Positions 52,368-62,815 are shown, counted from the first letter of the stretch. The stretch is DNA of 64,000 nucleotides from an uncultured Actinomycetota bacterium (GCA_963767885.1 CAVYFW010000014.1:24420-88419), one strand, 5' to 3'. Numbers and translations are program-made. Notes: generated by a model not told the origin, from the sequence alone.

Positions 52368-53600
52368 ATGCGACTCCCGCGCCCCACCAACCCGCTGCTG
52401 TCGGGGCGCGACGGCCGCCTGTTCCTCGCCGCCCAGGCGCTCGACGCGCTGGCGGTGGGCATCTCGACCGTCGCGCTGCCCTGGCTCGTCCTCGACGGCG
52501 GCGGGTCGGCGGGCGCCGCGGGTCTCGTCGCGACGATGGCCCTCGTGCCGTACGTGCTGTTCGGCCTCGTGGCGGGCGTCGCCGGCGACCGCTTCGCGCG
52601 GCGGCAGCTGCTCCTGGGTGCGCACACGGTGCAGGCGCTGGCCGCGATCGTCATCCCGCTGTGGACGTTCGAGGCCGGCACGCCGCCGATCGGCATCGTG
52701 CTGGCGGCGGCGTTCGTCATCGGCACCTGCCGGGTGTTCGCCGACGCCGCGGCCTTCGGCGCGGTCTCCTGCATCGTCGGGCGCGCGCACTTCACCGAGG
52801 GCCAGGCGATGCTCTCGGCGGCGTGGTCGATCGGCCTCGTCGCCGGGCCGGCCGCCGGCGGCGCGCTGATCGCGGCCATCGGCGCGGGCGAGGCGCTGGT
52901 CATCGAGTTCGCCGCCTTCGTGCTGGCGGCGCTGCTGCTGCTGTGCATGCACGACCGACTGGCCGCAAGCAGCGACCGCCCGCACGAGCGGCTGCGCGAC
53001 GCGCTGCTGGAGGGCCTGCGGGTCATCGGCAACGAGCCGATCATCAAGGCGTTCTTCGTGATGTCGTCGGCGTGGAACATCGTCGCGGCGGGCGTCCTGA
53101 CGCTGCTCGTGCCGCTGCTCAAGGACGCGATCGGCCTCACGAGCGCGGAGGCCGGCTGGGCGCTCGCGATCGGCGCGGCGATGGGCGTGGTGGCGGCGCC
53201 GCTGGTCGGGCCGCTCAACCGGCGCTTCGGCGGCGTCACGATCGTCCTCTGGGGCACCCTGATCAACGGGGTCACGGCGCTGGCGATCGGTCTCGCGTTC
53301 GGCTTCTGGGCGCTGCTGCCGGCGATCTGCGCCCTGTACCTCGCGGAGTGGGTGACGATGTCCGCGTTCATCGGCGAGCGTCAGCGGCGCGCGCCGCGGC
53401 ACCTGCAGGCCCGCGTCGGCATCAGCGGCCGCACGATCAACATGGCCTCGGCCACGGTCGGCGCGGCCCTCGCGAGCGCCGCGACGGAGTTCTTCGAGCT
53501 GCGCGAGATCTACGTCGTGATGGCCGTCCTGACGCTGGTCGTGGGGCTCGTCGCCTGGCGGCCGATCCGCCGCGCGGAGCGGCGCTCGCTGGCGCGTTGA
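52368..53600 (+). CDS. MFS transporter (H+ antiporter-3/DHA3-like), copy 1
   Basis: VALPWLVL, GVAGDRFARR, GPAAGGALI; 410 aa. Confidence 0.88.
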   Translation: MRLPRPTNPLLSGRDGRLFLAAQALDALAVGISTVALPWLVLDGGGSAGAAGLVATMALVPYVLFGLVAGVAGDRFARRQLLLGAHTVQALAAIVIPLWTFEAGTPPIGIVLAAAFVIGTCRVFADAAAFGAVSCIVGRAHFTEGQAMLSAAWSIGLVAGPAAGGALIAAIGAGEALVIEFAAFVLAALLLLCMHDRLAASSDRPHERLRDALLEGLRVIGNEPIIKAFFVMSSAWNIVAAGVLTLLVPLLKDAIGLTSAEAGWALAIGAAMGVVAAPLVGPLNRRFGGVTIVLWGTLINGVTALAIGLAFGFWALLPAICALYLAEWVTMSAFIGERQRRAPRHLQARVGISGRTINMASATVGAALASAATEFFELREIYVVMAVLTLVVGLVAWRPIRRAERRSLAR

Positions 53601-54829
53601 GCACCCTCGGCGGGCGCACCAACCCGCTGCTCGCGACGCGCGACGGTCGCCTCTTCCTCGGCGCGCAGGGACTCGACTTCGTCGCGCAGGGCGTGTCCAG
53701 CGTGGCGCTGCCGTGGCTGATCCTCGACGGCGGCGGCTCGACGCTCGCGGCCGGGCTCGTGTTCACGCTGACGGTGCTGCCGTACGTCGTCTTCGGCCTG
53801 CCGGCGGGCGTGGTCGGCGACCGCTACCCGCGCCGCCGCACGATGTGGATCGCGCACGCGGTCCAGGCGGGCTGCGCGATCATCATCCCCGCGTGGTCGC
53901 TGTCCGGGCACCCGCCGCTCGGCGTCGTGCTGGCCGCGGCCTTCATGATCGGCGCGGGGCGCGTCTTCGCCGACGCGGCCGCCTTCGGCGCGATCGCCAC
54001 CATCGCCGGCCGCGCCGCCTTCACGCGCGCGCAGGCGACGCTGCAGGCCGCGTGGTCGATGGGGTTCCTGCTCGGGCCGGCGCTCGGCGGGCTGCTGATC
54101 GACGCGATCGGGCCTGCCCGCACGCTGGTCGTCGAGGCGACGGCGTTCGTGATCGCGATGCTGATGATCCTGCTCGTGCGGGTCCCGTTCGACCCGCCGC
54201 AGCGACCGCACCACGAGCGCGCGGCGGCCGCGATCCGCGAGGGCCTCGCGATCATCTGGCACAACCCCGTGGTGCGCGGCTACACGCTGCTCACGACGTC
54301 GTGGAACCTGTGCGCGGCGGGTGCCTTCGCGCTGATCGTGCCGCTGCTGCGGGAGGAGATCGGCCTCTCGTCCGCGCAGGTCGGCGTGATCCTCGGCGTC
54401 GGCGCTTCGACGGGCCTGCTGGCGGCATTCGTCGCGGGCTGGGCCGGCGACCGCTTCGGCCCCTCGCGGGTCGTCACGCGCGGCGTCCCGCTCAACGGCG
54501 TGATGATCGCGCTGCTCGGCCTGAGCCCGGGCTTCGCGTTCGCCCTCTGCGTGAACGCCTTCCGCAGCCTGCTGGACTGGACGATGATCGCGATGTTCAT
54601 CGGCGAGCGGCAGCGCGCGGCGCCCGACCACATGCAGGCGCGCGTCGGCATCACGGGCCGGATGATGGTGGTCGGCTCGATCGCCGTCGGCTCGGCGATC
54701 GTGAGCGTGCTCAGCGTGGTCGTGCCGCTGCGCGCGCTCTACGTCGGCATGGGCGTGGCCATCCTCGGCGTGACGCTCGTCCTCGGCCCGCCGCTGCGGC
54801 GAGCCGTCGCCGCGGCGGAGCGGCCATGA
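53597..54829 (+). CDS. MFS transporter, copy 2 (tandem paralogue)
   Basis: TTG overlaps previous stop; shares TNPLL, RVFADAAAFGA, FIGERQR..P.H.QARVGI; 410 aa. Confidence 0.88.
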   Translation: MSTLGGRTNPLLATRDGRLFLGAQGLDFVAQGVSSVALPWLILDGGGSTLAAGLVFTLTVLPYVVFGLPAGVVGDRYPRRRTMWIAHAVQAGCAIIIPAWSLSGHPPLGVVLAAAFMIGAGRVFADAAAFGAIATIAGRAAFTRAQATLQAAWSMGFLLGPALGGLLIDAIGPARTLVVEATAFVIAMLMILLVRVPFDPPQRPHHERAAAAIREGLAIIWHNPVVRGYTLLTTSWNLCAAGAFALIVPLLREEIGLSSAQVGVILGVGASTGLLAAFVAGWAGDRFGPSRVVTRGVPLNGVMIALLGLSPGFAFALCVNAFRSLLDWTMIAMFIGERQRAAPDHMQARVGITGRMMVVGSIAVGSAIVSVLSVVVPLRALYVGMGVAILGVTLVLGPPLRRAVAAAERP

Positions 54830-55489
54830 GCCGCCACGTCCGGCGCGAGGGCCTCGTCCGCCGGCTGCGCGAGCTCGACGGCACCTCGGGCCGGACGACG
54901 TACGCGGGCGGCGCGGCGATCGTGGAGCACGGCGGCGAGCGCTGGACCGTGCGGCCGCCGTTCGGCCTCCAGCACGAGGGCGAATACGCGCGGGTGGAGG
55001 CCGGGCCGCTGCTGGCTGCGCTGGAGGCCGACCACCGCGTGGCGGCGCTGCTGGTGCGGCTCGGCGGCTACGCGGTCGGGGTCTTCGAGGGCGAGCAGCT
55101 CGTGGCGTCCAAGGTCGGCAGCCGCCTGGTGCACGGACGGCACCGCGCGGGCGGCTCGTCGGCCAACCGCTTCCGCCGCCGCCGCGAGAAGGAGGTGCGC
55201 GAGCTCCACGAGAAGGCGGCCGGCGAGGCCTGGCGGGTGCTGGGGCCCTGGCTCGATCGGGTCGACCGCGCGGCCCTGGGCGGCGACCGCGCGGCGGTGC
55301 GCGGCACGCTCGAAGCGGAACCGCGTCTGCAGCGGCTGGAGGCGATCGCCCTGCCGCGCTTCTTCACGGTGCCCGGACCCGCGCCGCGACGTGCTGGAGC
55401 GCCTGCCGTTCGACGTCTACGCGGCCGAGCTCGAGGTGGAGCCGATCGACGCGGAGGGCGGCTACCCTCGCTCCGCACCGCCCCCGTAG
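54826..55489 (+). CDS. acVLRF1-family release-factor homologue (frameshift near 55380; 3' end uncertain)
   Basis: LLVRLGGYAVGVF, SKVGSRLVHGRHRAGGSSANRFRRRRE, LGGDR, PDPRRDVL. Confidence 0.8.
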
Positions 55490-55552
55490 CTCAGGGGATA
55501 GAGCAGCGGTTTCCTAAACCGCGTGTCGGATGTTCGAGTCATCCCGGGGGCA
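55480..55552 (+). tRNA. tRNA-Arg(CCT)
   Basis: Acceptor GCCCCCG/CGGGGGC, D arm TAGCTCAGGGGATAGAGC, anticodon arm GCGGT-TTCCTAA-ACCGC (CCT at 55513-55515), T loop TTCGAGT; CCA not encoded. Confidence 0.96.
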
Positions 55553-55862
55553 TGGGCGGAGCGCCGGGGCTGGGCGGTTGGACGGCGCCGCCGTCCGACG
55601 CCGGCTCGAGCTGGCCGGGGACCGCGGCCAGCAGCGCGTCCGGGTGGCGATCCCACCGCACGATCACGCGTCGCACCTCGATCGCGAACGGCGGCTCGTG
55701 GCCGCGCCAGCGCTCCGCGGAGGCCTCCCACGACTCGCCGAGCGCCCGTGCCAGGAGGTCCACGACGGTGCCGGTATCGCCGCGCACGAGATCGTTCGCG
55801 GGCCAGTTGTGCCGCAGCCGCACACGATCGCCCGCTGCGGGCACCCAGTCCTGGAACGCCAT
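55539..55862 (-). CDS. Small hypothetical protein, SH3-like (GDRVRL...GDTGTVV)
   Basis: MAFQDWVPAAGDRVRLRHNWPANDLVRGDTGTVVD...VIVRWD; stop lies inside the tRNA on the opposite strand. Confidence 0.5.
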   Translation of the reverse strand: MAFQDWVPAAGDRVRLRHNWPANDLVRGDTGTVVDLLARALGESWEASAERWRGHEPPFAIEVRRVIVRWDRHPDALLAAVPGQLEPASDGGAVQPPSPGAPPMPPG

Positions 55863-55943
55863 CGCCGCGCGGAACACTACGGACAGCCGCAGCCATCCCA
55901 GCCACATCCGTCACCGTCCGGCACACCTCGCGGTGCGCGGTGC

Positions 55944-57131
55944 TCAGCGGAGGGGCAGGGCGGCGACGCGCAGGAACATCGTCATGTTCCCGTTCAGCGG
56001 CACGTCCGTGTAGTTCGCAATGACGGCCAGCCCCTCGGACGTCAGGGAGCCGGTCGGGTCGCCGGTGACGAAGCTGGTGCGCCCGAGGGTCGACGGCACC
56101 CGCAGCGAGTCCACGACGCGCATGTTGCGCCCGAGCGCGTCGCCGCGGACGAGCGCCACCCGGTAGGAGCCCGGGGTGCCGGCGGTGCCGAGGAAGGCGA
56201 CGACGAGGTGTCCGTCGACGTGCCGCGCGCCGATCACCGGCTCGCAGATGTCGCACGTCGGAGGGAAGGGCGAGCGGATGCGCCGCGGCGCGGGGTCGCC
56301 GGGTCCCCACAGGACGACGGTGATCTTGCGGCCGTCGCGCCCCCAGCGCAGCAGGCGGCAGGTGTCCGTGCAGGTCATGGCCTCGATCTTGCCGCCGGGC
56401 AGCCCGGGGATCGCGGCGGGCACGCCCAGCGGGCGGAGCGTCGCTGGATCGAGCTGGACGATCCGGGTGTCGAAGCGCGGCCGTGTGTTGCGCTGCCACG
56501 CGAGCCACAGGCGGCCCGTGCGATCCAGGCCGAGCCGGAGCGCGCCGTTCCCGCCCGCCAGCCCGGCGTAGTTGACGGCCTGGCCGTTGGCGTCGCAGCA
56601 GACGCCGGGGAACGGGCTCAGCTCGTTGCGGGGGTTGCCGATGGTGACCAGCCGCACCAGGCGGTCGGGGAGCTGCACGAACTCGCCGCCCTCGGAGGAC
56701 TCGGGCGGCGGGGCGCCGCCGACGATGTCCGCCGCCGCTCCGACGGTGCCGTCCGGCAGCAGCGGCACGCGGACGAGGCGCCAGTTCGCGTAGTCGATGT
56801 CCTTGTCCCACTGGAACACGAGGCCGTCGCGGTCCGCCTCCAGGAGCCACCAGTTGACCTCCGCCAGGGCCGTGTGCGGGGTGGTCGACCACGGCCCGAG
56901 CCGCCTGTTCGCGACCCGCGCGCTGGCCGCCACGGTCCATGACCCGTTGGGATCGGAGGATGGCGGCCGCATGAACCAGAGGCGCCCCGCCGCGAGGAAC
57001 GGGAGGTTGTACTCGATCGACGCCGGCACGCGCTTCCACCGCGGCGCCGCGGCCGCGTCGGCGCCGGCGGGGACGAGCCCTGCGACCACGAGGACCGCGG
57101 CCACGACGACCACGAGGCGGCGCGCGCGCAT
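55944..57131 (-). CDS. Hypothetical secreted protein, Cys/Trp-rich, beta-propeller-like
   Basis: GAAGGAG SD, signal peptide MRARRLVVVVAAVLVVAGLVPAGADA, 395 aa. Confidence 0.7.
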   Translation of the reverse strand: MRARRLVVVVAAVLVVAGLVPAGADAAAAPRWKRVPASIEYNLPFLAAGRLWFMRPPSSDPNGSWTVAASARVANRRLGPWSTTPHTALAEVNWWLLEADRDGLVFQWDKDIDYANWRLVRVPLLPDGTVGAAADIVGGAPPPESSEGGEFVQLPDRLVRLVTIGNPRNELSPFPGVCCDANGQAVNYAGLAGGNGALRLGLDRTGRLWLAWQRNTRPRFDTRIVQLDPATLRPLGVPAAIPGLPGGKIEAMTCTDTCRLLRWGRDGRKITVVLWGPGDPAPRRIRSPFPPTCDICEPVIGARHVDGHLVVAFLGTAGTPGSYRVALVRGDALGRNMRVVDSLRVPSTLGRTSFVTGDPTGSLTSEGLAVIANYTDVPLNGNMTMFLRVAALPLR

Positions 57132-57194
57132 CTCCGCTCCTTCCCGGCGGACCCACCACGCGGCGGGCGGCGGAGACGATGATATCCCGCGCGC

Positions 57195-57210
57195 TGTGGC
57201 AATTGCCACA
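57195..57210. promoter_or_regulatory. Perfect 16-bp palindrome, candidate transcription-factor site
   Basis: TGTGGCAATTGCCACA in a divergent intergenic region. Confidence 0.55.
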
Positions 57211-57407
57211 TGTGCTGCCGGTCGGTTTCGCGCCGCGCCGCGACGGGAAGCCGCGCCGTCGGTTGGCATCCCCGCAGCCCGCCAGTTGACACAGGCGCCG
57301 GCGGAACGCGGGAACCAGCTCGTAGGAGGGGTCGTCCGGCCGGGCCAGGCCGGGCGGCCCCCAACCCGACCTGCGTCATCACCGCGCCCACTGGCATCCT
57401 TCCGCTC

Positions 57408-58474
57408 GTGCCGCGCCTCGTCGACCACCGGGCGCTGCATGGCGCGGCCCGCGCGATCGTCGTCGCCGCGGGCAGCGAGGAGGCGGAGGCGGAGCTCGTC
57501 GCCGCGCACCTCGTCGCCGCGGACCTGCGCGGTCACGGCAGCCATGGCGTCGCGCGGCTGCCCCTGCTACCTCCGGTTCATCGACGACGGCCTGCTGGTG
57601 CCGAACACGCCGGTCCGCGTGCTCGACGACGGTGGCTCCATCGTGCGCCTCGCCGGCGACCGCGGCTACGGCCAGCGGGTGGGCCACGAGGCGATGGAGC
57701 TCGCCATCGGACGCGCGCGCCGCGACGGGCTGTGCTGCCTGACGCTCGCCGACGTCCATCACCTCGGCCGCCTCGGGACCTACGGGGAGCAGGCGGTGGC
57801 GGCGGGCATGGTGACGATCGCCTTCGTCAACGCCGTCGACCACGAACCGCCCGTCGCCCCGCACCGCGGCATCGAGACGCGCCTCTCGACGAACCCCCTG
57901 TGCATCGCCTTCCCCGGCGGCGACGAACGGCCGGCCACCGTCGTCGACTTCGCGACCAGCGCCATCGCCATGGGCAAGGTGCGCGTCGCGGCCCTCGACG
58001 GGCGCGCGCTGCCGGCGGGGGCGGTGCTCGACGCCGACGGGCGCCCGACGACCGACCCCATGGCGTTGCTGTCGGAGCCGCGGGGCGCGCTCCTGCCCGG
58101 TCGGCGGCCACAAGGGCTACGGGCTCATGCTGGCCTGCGAGCTGCTGGCGGGCATCCTCGCGGGCGGCGGCACGATCCAGCCGGGGCACGAGCGGCGCGG
58201 GTCGTTCATCAACGGCCTGCTCGCCTTCGTCCTCGACCCGGCGCGCTTCGCCGACCCGGTCTGGCTGCGCGGCGAGGTCGACGCCATCGTCGACTACGTC
58301 CTCTCGTCGCGCCCGCGCGATCCCGCCGAGCCGGTGCTGCAGCCGGGCGACCCCGAGCGCACGGCGCTGGCGCAGCGGGCAGCAGAGGGCGTGCCGTTCG
58401 ACGACGCGGCCTGGCGGCAGCTGCTGGCCTGCGGCGAGCGCGTCGGCGTCGACGTGGCCGCCGCGCTCGCCTGA
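57408..58474 (+). CDS. Malate/L-lactate dehydrogenase family 2 (Ldh_2) oxidoreductase (frameshifts near 57563 and 58098)
   Basis: ADLRGHGSHGV, HHLGRLG, TNPLCIAFP, DFATS, GGHKGYGL, QPGDPE. Confidence 0.88.
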
Positions 58475-58768
58475 TAGCAGGCAGCGGTGCCCGGCTAGCG
58501 CACGCGCCAGAACGCTGCCGCGAGATGCATGTTGGCGATGCCCCGCGGGCGCAGCTCGTCCTGCTGCGAACGGCGAATGCGGACGTCGGCGTGCGGGATG
58601 GAGGAGCGGCGCAGGAACATGTGTGAGACCTCGGTGCGGGGGAAGGGCCGGATCGACCGTGCGGACATGCTCGCGCGCCCGGCGTCCCGGCCGCCAGGGC
58701 CAGGCGTCCCGTACGGCCCGGGAACGTTGCGCGCGACCCACGCCGACCCGCGCCTACGATCCCGCCCG

Positions 58769-59783
58769 ATGCCGCCGCCGCTGACGTTCGAGGCCGTGCG
58801 ACGCGTCCCGAAGGTCGAGCTGCACCTGCACGTGGAGTCGCTGAGCAGCGCCGCGAGCGTCGAGGCGCTGGCCGACGAGCTCGGCGTGCCGCTGCTCCGG
58901 CCGCGCGGCGAGCTCTACCGCTGCGGCTCGCTGGCCGAGCTGCTCGAGGCGTGCGCGTGGTGGTGCGACCTCTTCCGCACGCCCGAGATCGCCGAGCGCA
59001 TCGCGTACGGCGCGGCGCAGCGGCTGCACGCCGACGGCGTCGTCTACGCGGAGGTCGCGGCCGGCCCGCGCTACTGGCCGCACCTGCCGTACGCCGACCT
59101 CCTGCCAGCCCTCTGCGCGGGCTTCGACCGGGCGCAGCGCGACGGGCTCGCCGACTGCCGCCTGCTGCCGACCATCAGCCGCGACCAGCCGGCCGCGTGG
59201 GCGCTGGAGCTCGTCGACTGGATCGCCGCCGCCGACCTGCCCCGCATCGTCGGCATCGGACTGGACGGCGACGAGGCGGCGACCGGCCGCACCTGTCCGG
59301 TCTTCGCGCCCGGCCTTCGAGCGCGCCCGCGCGCACGGGCTCGGCACGACGGCGCACGCGGGCGAGTCGTCCGGCCCCGAGGGCGTGCGCGACGCGCTCG
59401 ACGTGCTCGGCGTGCGCCGCATCGACCACGGCGTGCGTGCGATCGAGGACCCGGCGCTCGTCGCGCGCCTGGCCCGCGACGGCGTGACGCTGAACGTCTG
59501 CCCCACGCCGAACGTCGCCCTCGGCCTCTACCCCGGCCTCGACGAGCACCCGCTCGGCGCGCTGATCGCCGCCGGCGTGCCGGTCACGCTCGGCAGCGAC
59601 GACGCGTGCGTCTACGACATCACGCTCGCCGGCGAGCTGACGGCGATGGGCCAGCGGCTCGGCTGGACGCTCGCGGACGTCGAGCGGATCACGCGCCAGG
59701 CGATCGACGTCGCGTTCTGCGACGACGTCCGCAAGGCGGAGCTGCGGGCCGTGGTGGCGGCGGCCTACTCGAGCTCGTCGTAG
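58769..59783 (+). CDS. add: Adenosine/adenine deaminase (frameshift near 59312)
   Basis: PKVELHLH, AHAGE, RIDHGV, VCPTPN, GSDD. Confidence 0.85.
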
Positions 59784-59834
59784 GACGAGCGAGATCGCGC
59801 ACGCTGCGCCGATGCGGTTGCGCCTGCGCCCTGC

Positions 59835-60720
59835 GTGCGATCATCCGCGGCCGTGGACGGCGCGGCCCTCGGAGCCCTGGAGACGGGCGGCACGACGTGC
59901 GTGTGCGCCGTCGGCACGGGGCCCGACGACATCCGCGCGCAGGACCGCTTCCCGACGACCGGCCCGGACGAGGTCATCGAGCGTGCGACCCGCTTCTTCC
60001 GCGAGGCCGGGCCGATCGCGGCGCTCGGCATCGGCGCGTTCGGGCCCGTCGACCTGCACGCGAGCTCGCCGACCTGGGGCCACGTCACGACGACGCCCAA
60101 GCCGGGCTGGTCCGGCACGCCCCTGGCACCGGCGCTCCGCGACGCGCTCGGCGTGCCCGTCGCCTTCGAGACCGACGTCACGGCGTCGGCGCTGGGCGAG
60201 CACCGCTGGGGCGCGGGCCAGGGCGCCGATCCGCTCGTCTACGTCACCATCGGCACCGGCATCGGCGCCGGCGTGCTCGTCGACGGCCGGCCCGTGCACG
60301 GCCTGCTGCACCCCGAGCTGGGCCACCTGCGCATCCCGCACGACCGCGCGCGCGACCCGTTCGACGGCGTCTGCCCGTACCACGGCGACTGCCTCGAGGG
60401 CCTGGCGTCCGGCGCGGCCCTCGGCGCGCGACCCGGGCCGGACCCGACCGGGCTGCCGCTCGACCATCCGGTCTGGCAGCTCGAGGCCGAGTACGTCGCG
60501 CTCGGCCTGGTCAGCGTGATCGCGGTGCTGTCGCCGCAGCGGATCGTCGTCGGCGGCGGCGTCGGCATGCAGCCGGGCTTCCTGCCGCCGCGTGGCCGCC
60601 GAGGTCGAGCGCCTGCTGGCGGGCTACCTGGCCGCGCCGCCGCTCGTGGCCCCGGCGCTCGGCGGCCGCCAGGGCGTGCTCGGCGCGCTCGCGATGGCGT
60701 CGGGCGTCGCCGCCGCCTGA
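59835..60720 (+). CDS. ROK-family sugar kinase, fructokinase-like (frameshift near 60590)
   Basis: ETGGT, FGPVD, TPKPGW, TDV, TIGTGIGAG, HPELGH, CPYHGDCLEGLASG. Confidence 0.88.
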
Positions 60721-60792
60721 TCGCGCACGCGATGAGTCCCGACCGCGGCCGGCGTTTCACGTGCAACGCCTGGCCGGCTGAGCCGCCGACCG

Positions 60793-61518
60793 TCAGGCGA
60801 TCCGGCCGCCGCCGTCGAGCGGGAGCGTCACGCCGGTCGCGAAGCCGTTCAGGAGCAGGGCGAGCATGCCCTCGGCGACCTCCTCCGGCCGGCCGACGCG
60901 CCCCGCCGGCAGGGCGCCGCCGACGCGGGCCAGGAACGCCGTCCGCTCGTCCTCGCCGAGGCGGTCCCAGGCGGGCGTGTCGATGATGCCGGGCGAGACG
61001 GCGTTCACCCGCACGGGCGCGAGCTCGACCGCCAGCGCGCGCACGAGGGCCTCGACGCCGCCGTTGATGACGGCGGTCACCGCGGCGCCGGGGCTCGGGC
61101 GGTGCGAGGCGACGCCCGCCGTGAGCGTGATGCTGCCGTCGGCCGGCAGGCGCGGCGCCGCAGCGCGCGCCGCCCACAGCTGGCCGAGCAGCTTGACGCC
61201 GACGGTGCGCTGGACCGCGGCGGGGTCGAGGTCGACGACGCGCCCGCCGCCCGGCTCGTTCGCCGTCACCGACGAGGTCGTGCAGCGCGTCGAGCCCGTC
61301 GACCAGGGCGGACACGGCGGCCGGGTCGGCGACGTCGACGGCGGCGCCGGTGGCGCCGGCGCCGAGGCGGTCGGCGGCCGCGCGGGCCCGGGCCGCGTCG
61401 CGGCCGGCCACGGTGACCGTCGCGCCGCGGGCCAGGGCGCCCGCCGCCACGGCGGCGCCGATGCCGGACGTGCCGCCGATGACGAGGACGTGGCGGCCGG
61501 CGAGCGGGGTCCTGGCAC
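60793..61518 (-). CDS. SDR-family oxidoreductase (frameshifts near 61510 and 61270)
   Basis: VIGGTSGIG, LAVELAPVRVNAVSPG, RVGRPEEVA, LDGG. Confidence 0.85.
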   Translation of the reverse strand: MPGPRSPAATSSSSAARPASAPPWRRAPWPAARRSPWPAATRPGPARPPTASAPAPPAPPSTSPTRPPCPPWSTGSTRCTTSSVTANEPGGGRVVDLDPAAVQRTVGVKLLGQLWAARAAAPRLPADGSITLTAGVASHRPSPGAAVTAVINGGVEALVRALAVELAPVRVNAVSPGIIDTPAWDRLGEDERTAFLARVGGALPAGRVGRPEEVAEGMLALLLNGFATGVTLPLDGGGRIA

Positions 61519-61871
61519 GGGCGTTCCTTTCGCGCGGGTGGGCTGACGCGGCCGGGCTTGTCCTGCCCGACGCCGCGCGCCGCACGCCCTTCCCACGCGG
61601 GCGTAGCGGGCGCTCCGGCGCTCGCCGTCTGCCGACAGCGTGGGCGCGCTCGTCTCGAGCTGTCGTCGGTGTACGCGCTCGGCGCCGTCGTACCCGTCGC
61701 GCTCAGGCGTTGCTCGCTGCGCGGTGGTGGGCTGGCGACCGCGCGCCGAGCATCGCGCATGATGCGGCCGCGGGCGGTGTAACGCGCGGCCGTCCGGGTG
61801 AGACCAGGCGGCATGACGTCCGCTCGCTGCCGATGCTCGTGACGATCCCCCGGCGCGGTACGCTCGCCCCC

Positions 61872-62519
61872 GTGGCCGGCGAGCCCGCCCCGAGCTTCCG
61901 CGCCTCCCGCGAGGACGAGCTGCTCCTGCGGCGGCTGCGGGACGGCGACGAGGACGCGTTCATGGAGCTGATCGACCGCTACAGCATGCAGATGCTGCGC
62001 GTCGCGCGGATGTACGTGTCGACGCGGTCCGCGGCCGAGGAGGTCGTGGGCGAGACGTGGCTGGCGGTGCTGACGGGCCTCGACCGCTTCGAGGGCCGCT
62101 CGTCCCTGCGGACCTGGATCTTCCGCATCCTCATGAACCGGGCCAAGACCCGCGGCGTGCGGGAGCGGCGGGTCGTGCCGTTCTCCTCGCTGGCGGACGC
62201 GGAGGAGCACGACGACGCGACCGTCGACGCCGACCGCTTCGTGCCGCGCGGCGCCGGGGCGTGGGCCAGCGAGCCGGCGCGCTGGAGCGACCTGCCGGAG
62301 GAGCGGCTGCTGGCGCGCGAGACGCTCGAGGTGGCGCAGCGGGCGATCGAGGCGCTGCCGCCGAACCAGCGGGCGGTCATCACCCTGCGCGACGTGGAGG
62401 GCTGGGAGGCCGACGAGGTGCGCGACCTGCTCGACATCAGCGACGTCAACCAGCGCGTGCTGCTGCACCGCGCGCGGGCCAAGGTCCGGCGCGCCCTGGA
62501 GCGTGAGCTCGGTGCCTGA
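61872..62519 (+). CDS. ECF RNA polymerase sigma factor
   Basis: DEDAFMEL, AEEVVGETW, FEGRSSLRTWIFRI, LPPNQRAVITLRDVEG, RVLLHRAR. Confidence 0.93.
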   Translation: MAGEPAPSFRASREDELLLRRLRDGDEDAFMELIDRYSMQMLRVARMYVSTRSAAEEVVGETWLAVLTGLDRFEGRSSLRTWIFRILMNRAKTRGVRERRVVPFSSLADAEEHDDATVDADRFVPRGAGAWASEPARWSDLPEERLLARETLEVAQRAIEALPPNQRAVITLRDVEGWEADEVRDLLDISDVNQRVLLHRARAKVRRALERELGA

Positions 62520-62775
62520 CGTGTCCGCCGCCGAGCGCGAGCTGACGTGCGCCGAGGCCGTGGAGCTCGTCACGGCGTACCTCGAGGGCGCGCTCGACGC
62601 CGACGCTCACCGCCGCTTCGAGCTGCACCTGGTGGACTGCGAGGGCTGCTCCAACTACCTCGACCAGATGCGCAACACCATCGCCACGACCGGGCGCCTC
62701 GCCGAGGCGGACGTGCCGCACGCCTTCCGCGAGCGGTTGCGCGACGCCTTCCGCGGCTGGCAGTCGAACGCCTGA
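62503..62775 (+). CDS. Zinc-binding anti-sigma factor (zf-HC2/ZAS)
   Basis: LTCAEAVELVTAYLEG, FELHLVDCEGC (HxxxCxxC); overlaps the sigma gene 3' end. Confidence 0.9.
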   Translation: MSSVPDVSAAERELTCAEAVELVTAYLEGALDADAHRRFELHLVDCEGCSNYLDQMRNTIATTGRLAEADVPHAFRERLRDAFRGWQSNA

Positions 62776-62815
62776 CGCAGCGCACGCGCGGCCCCACCGA
62801 CCAAGGAGCTCGTCG

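Noticed and set aside
47679-54829. 1213-aa and 840-aa ORFs joining aminotransferase/ABC-F and the MFS genes
   Set aside because: Chimeric read-through caused by frameshifts and shadow frames
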